A stretch of DNA of 63,913 nt, counting the filler, from Octopus bimaculoides (Eukaryota), in NCBI RefSeq assembly GCF_001194135.2. It is 6 parts of 6 records of this genome, joined end to end, with 100 filler letters (N's around TTAATTAATTAA, not from the genome) between each part and the next. Parts side by side here need not be neighbours in the genome. Positions count along the whole stretch, not along the records: positions 62,746 to 63,913 come from NC_068990.1; 5 more parts are not named here. The stretch is one strand, 5' to 3'. The first letter of the stretch is position 1. Each line of letters opens with the position of its first letter. This document shows, one piece after another, positions 63,735 to 63,913 of this stretch. The notes beneath the pieces are model-generated. The model was not told the DNA's origin and did not search any database. It saw only the letters and a program-made list of their open reading frames with translations. The position numbers and the translations under genes were made by a program.

Positions 63735-63913
63735 TCATCATCATCATCATCGCTTAACGTCCGCTTTCCATGCTAGCATGGGTTGGACGATTTGACTGAG
63801 GACTGGTGCAACCGGATGGCTACACCAGGCTCCAATCTAATTTGGCAGAGTTTCTACAGCTGGATGCCCTTCCTAACGCCAACCACTGAGAGAGTGTAGT
63901 GGGTGCTTTTACG
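63735..63913 (-). mobile_element. Family D repeat with (GAT)n tail, truncated by the window edge
   Basis: catcatcatcgcttaacgtccgctttccatgctagcatggg...gatgcccttcctaacgccaaccac. Confidence 0.75.

Noticed and set aside
1-63913. CRISPR arrays, rRNA, snRNA or prokaryotic operons
   Set aside because: None seen; the sequence is eukaryotic and all periodic repeats are 2-4 bp microsatellites.

Overview
AT-rich, microsatellite-laden eukaryotic DNA. By inference from the repeat landscape and the SINE families (recognised from memory, no search run), it is most like a coleoid cephalopod such as octopus. It has many N gaps and five artificial 100-bp scaffold joins (N44-TTAATTAATTAA-N44). No host protein-coding gene could be identified with confidence: most ORFs in the track are microsatellite or N-gap artefacts or transposon debris. 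The window is a graveyard of mobile elements: R4/Dong-type RLE retrotransposons, CR1, RTE, L1/Tx1-like 3' ends, a Penelope-like GIY-YIG remnant, several Tc1/mariner copies, two hAT remnants and at least four SINE families. The most interesting signal is a set of short non-coding elements carrying type I hammerhead-ribozyme folds, from three apparently unrelated sequence families (18.5-19.0 plus 21.4-21.9 kb; 24.5 kb; 60.2 kb). Three loci are head-to-head fold-backs in which one arm has an extra ~35-45 nt tail, and two of these are bounded by 12-15 bp target-site duplications. One family joins a tRNA-like Pol III head to the ribozyme, i.e. a candidate SINE/retrozyme mobilised by Penelope-type machinery. 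Other notable signals are a sharp loss of CpG in repeats right of ~47 kb, a candidate divergent promoter at 42.2-43.7 kb and a near-perfect 300-bp palindrome at 63.4-63.7 kb. Element boundaries are approximate unless exact motifs are quoted.
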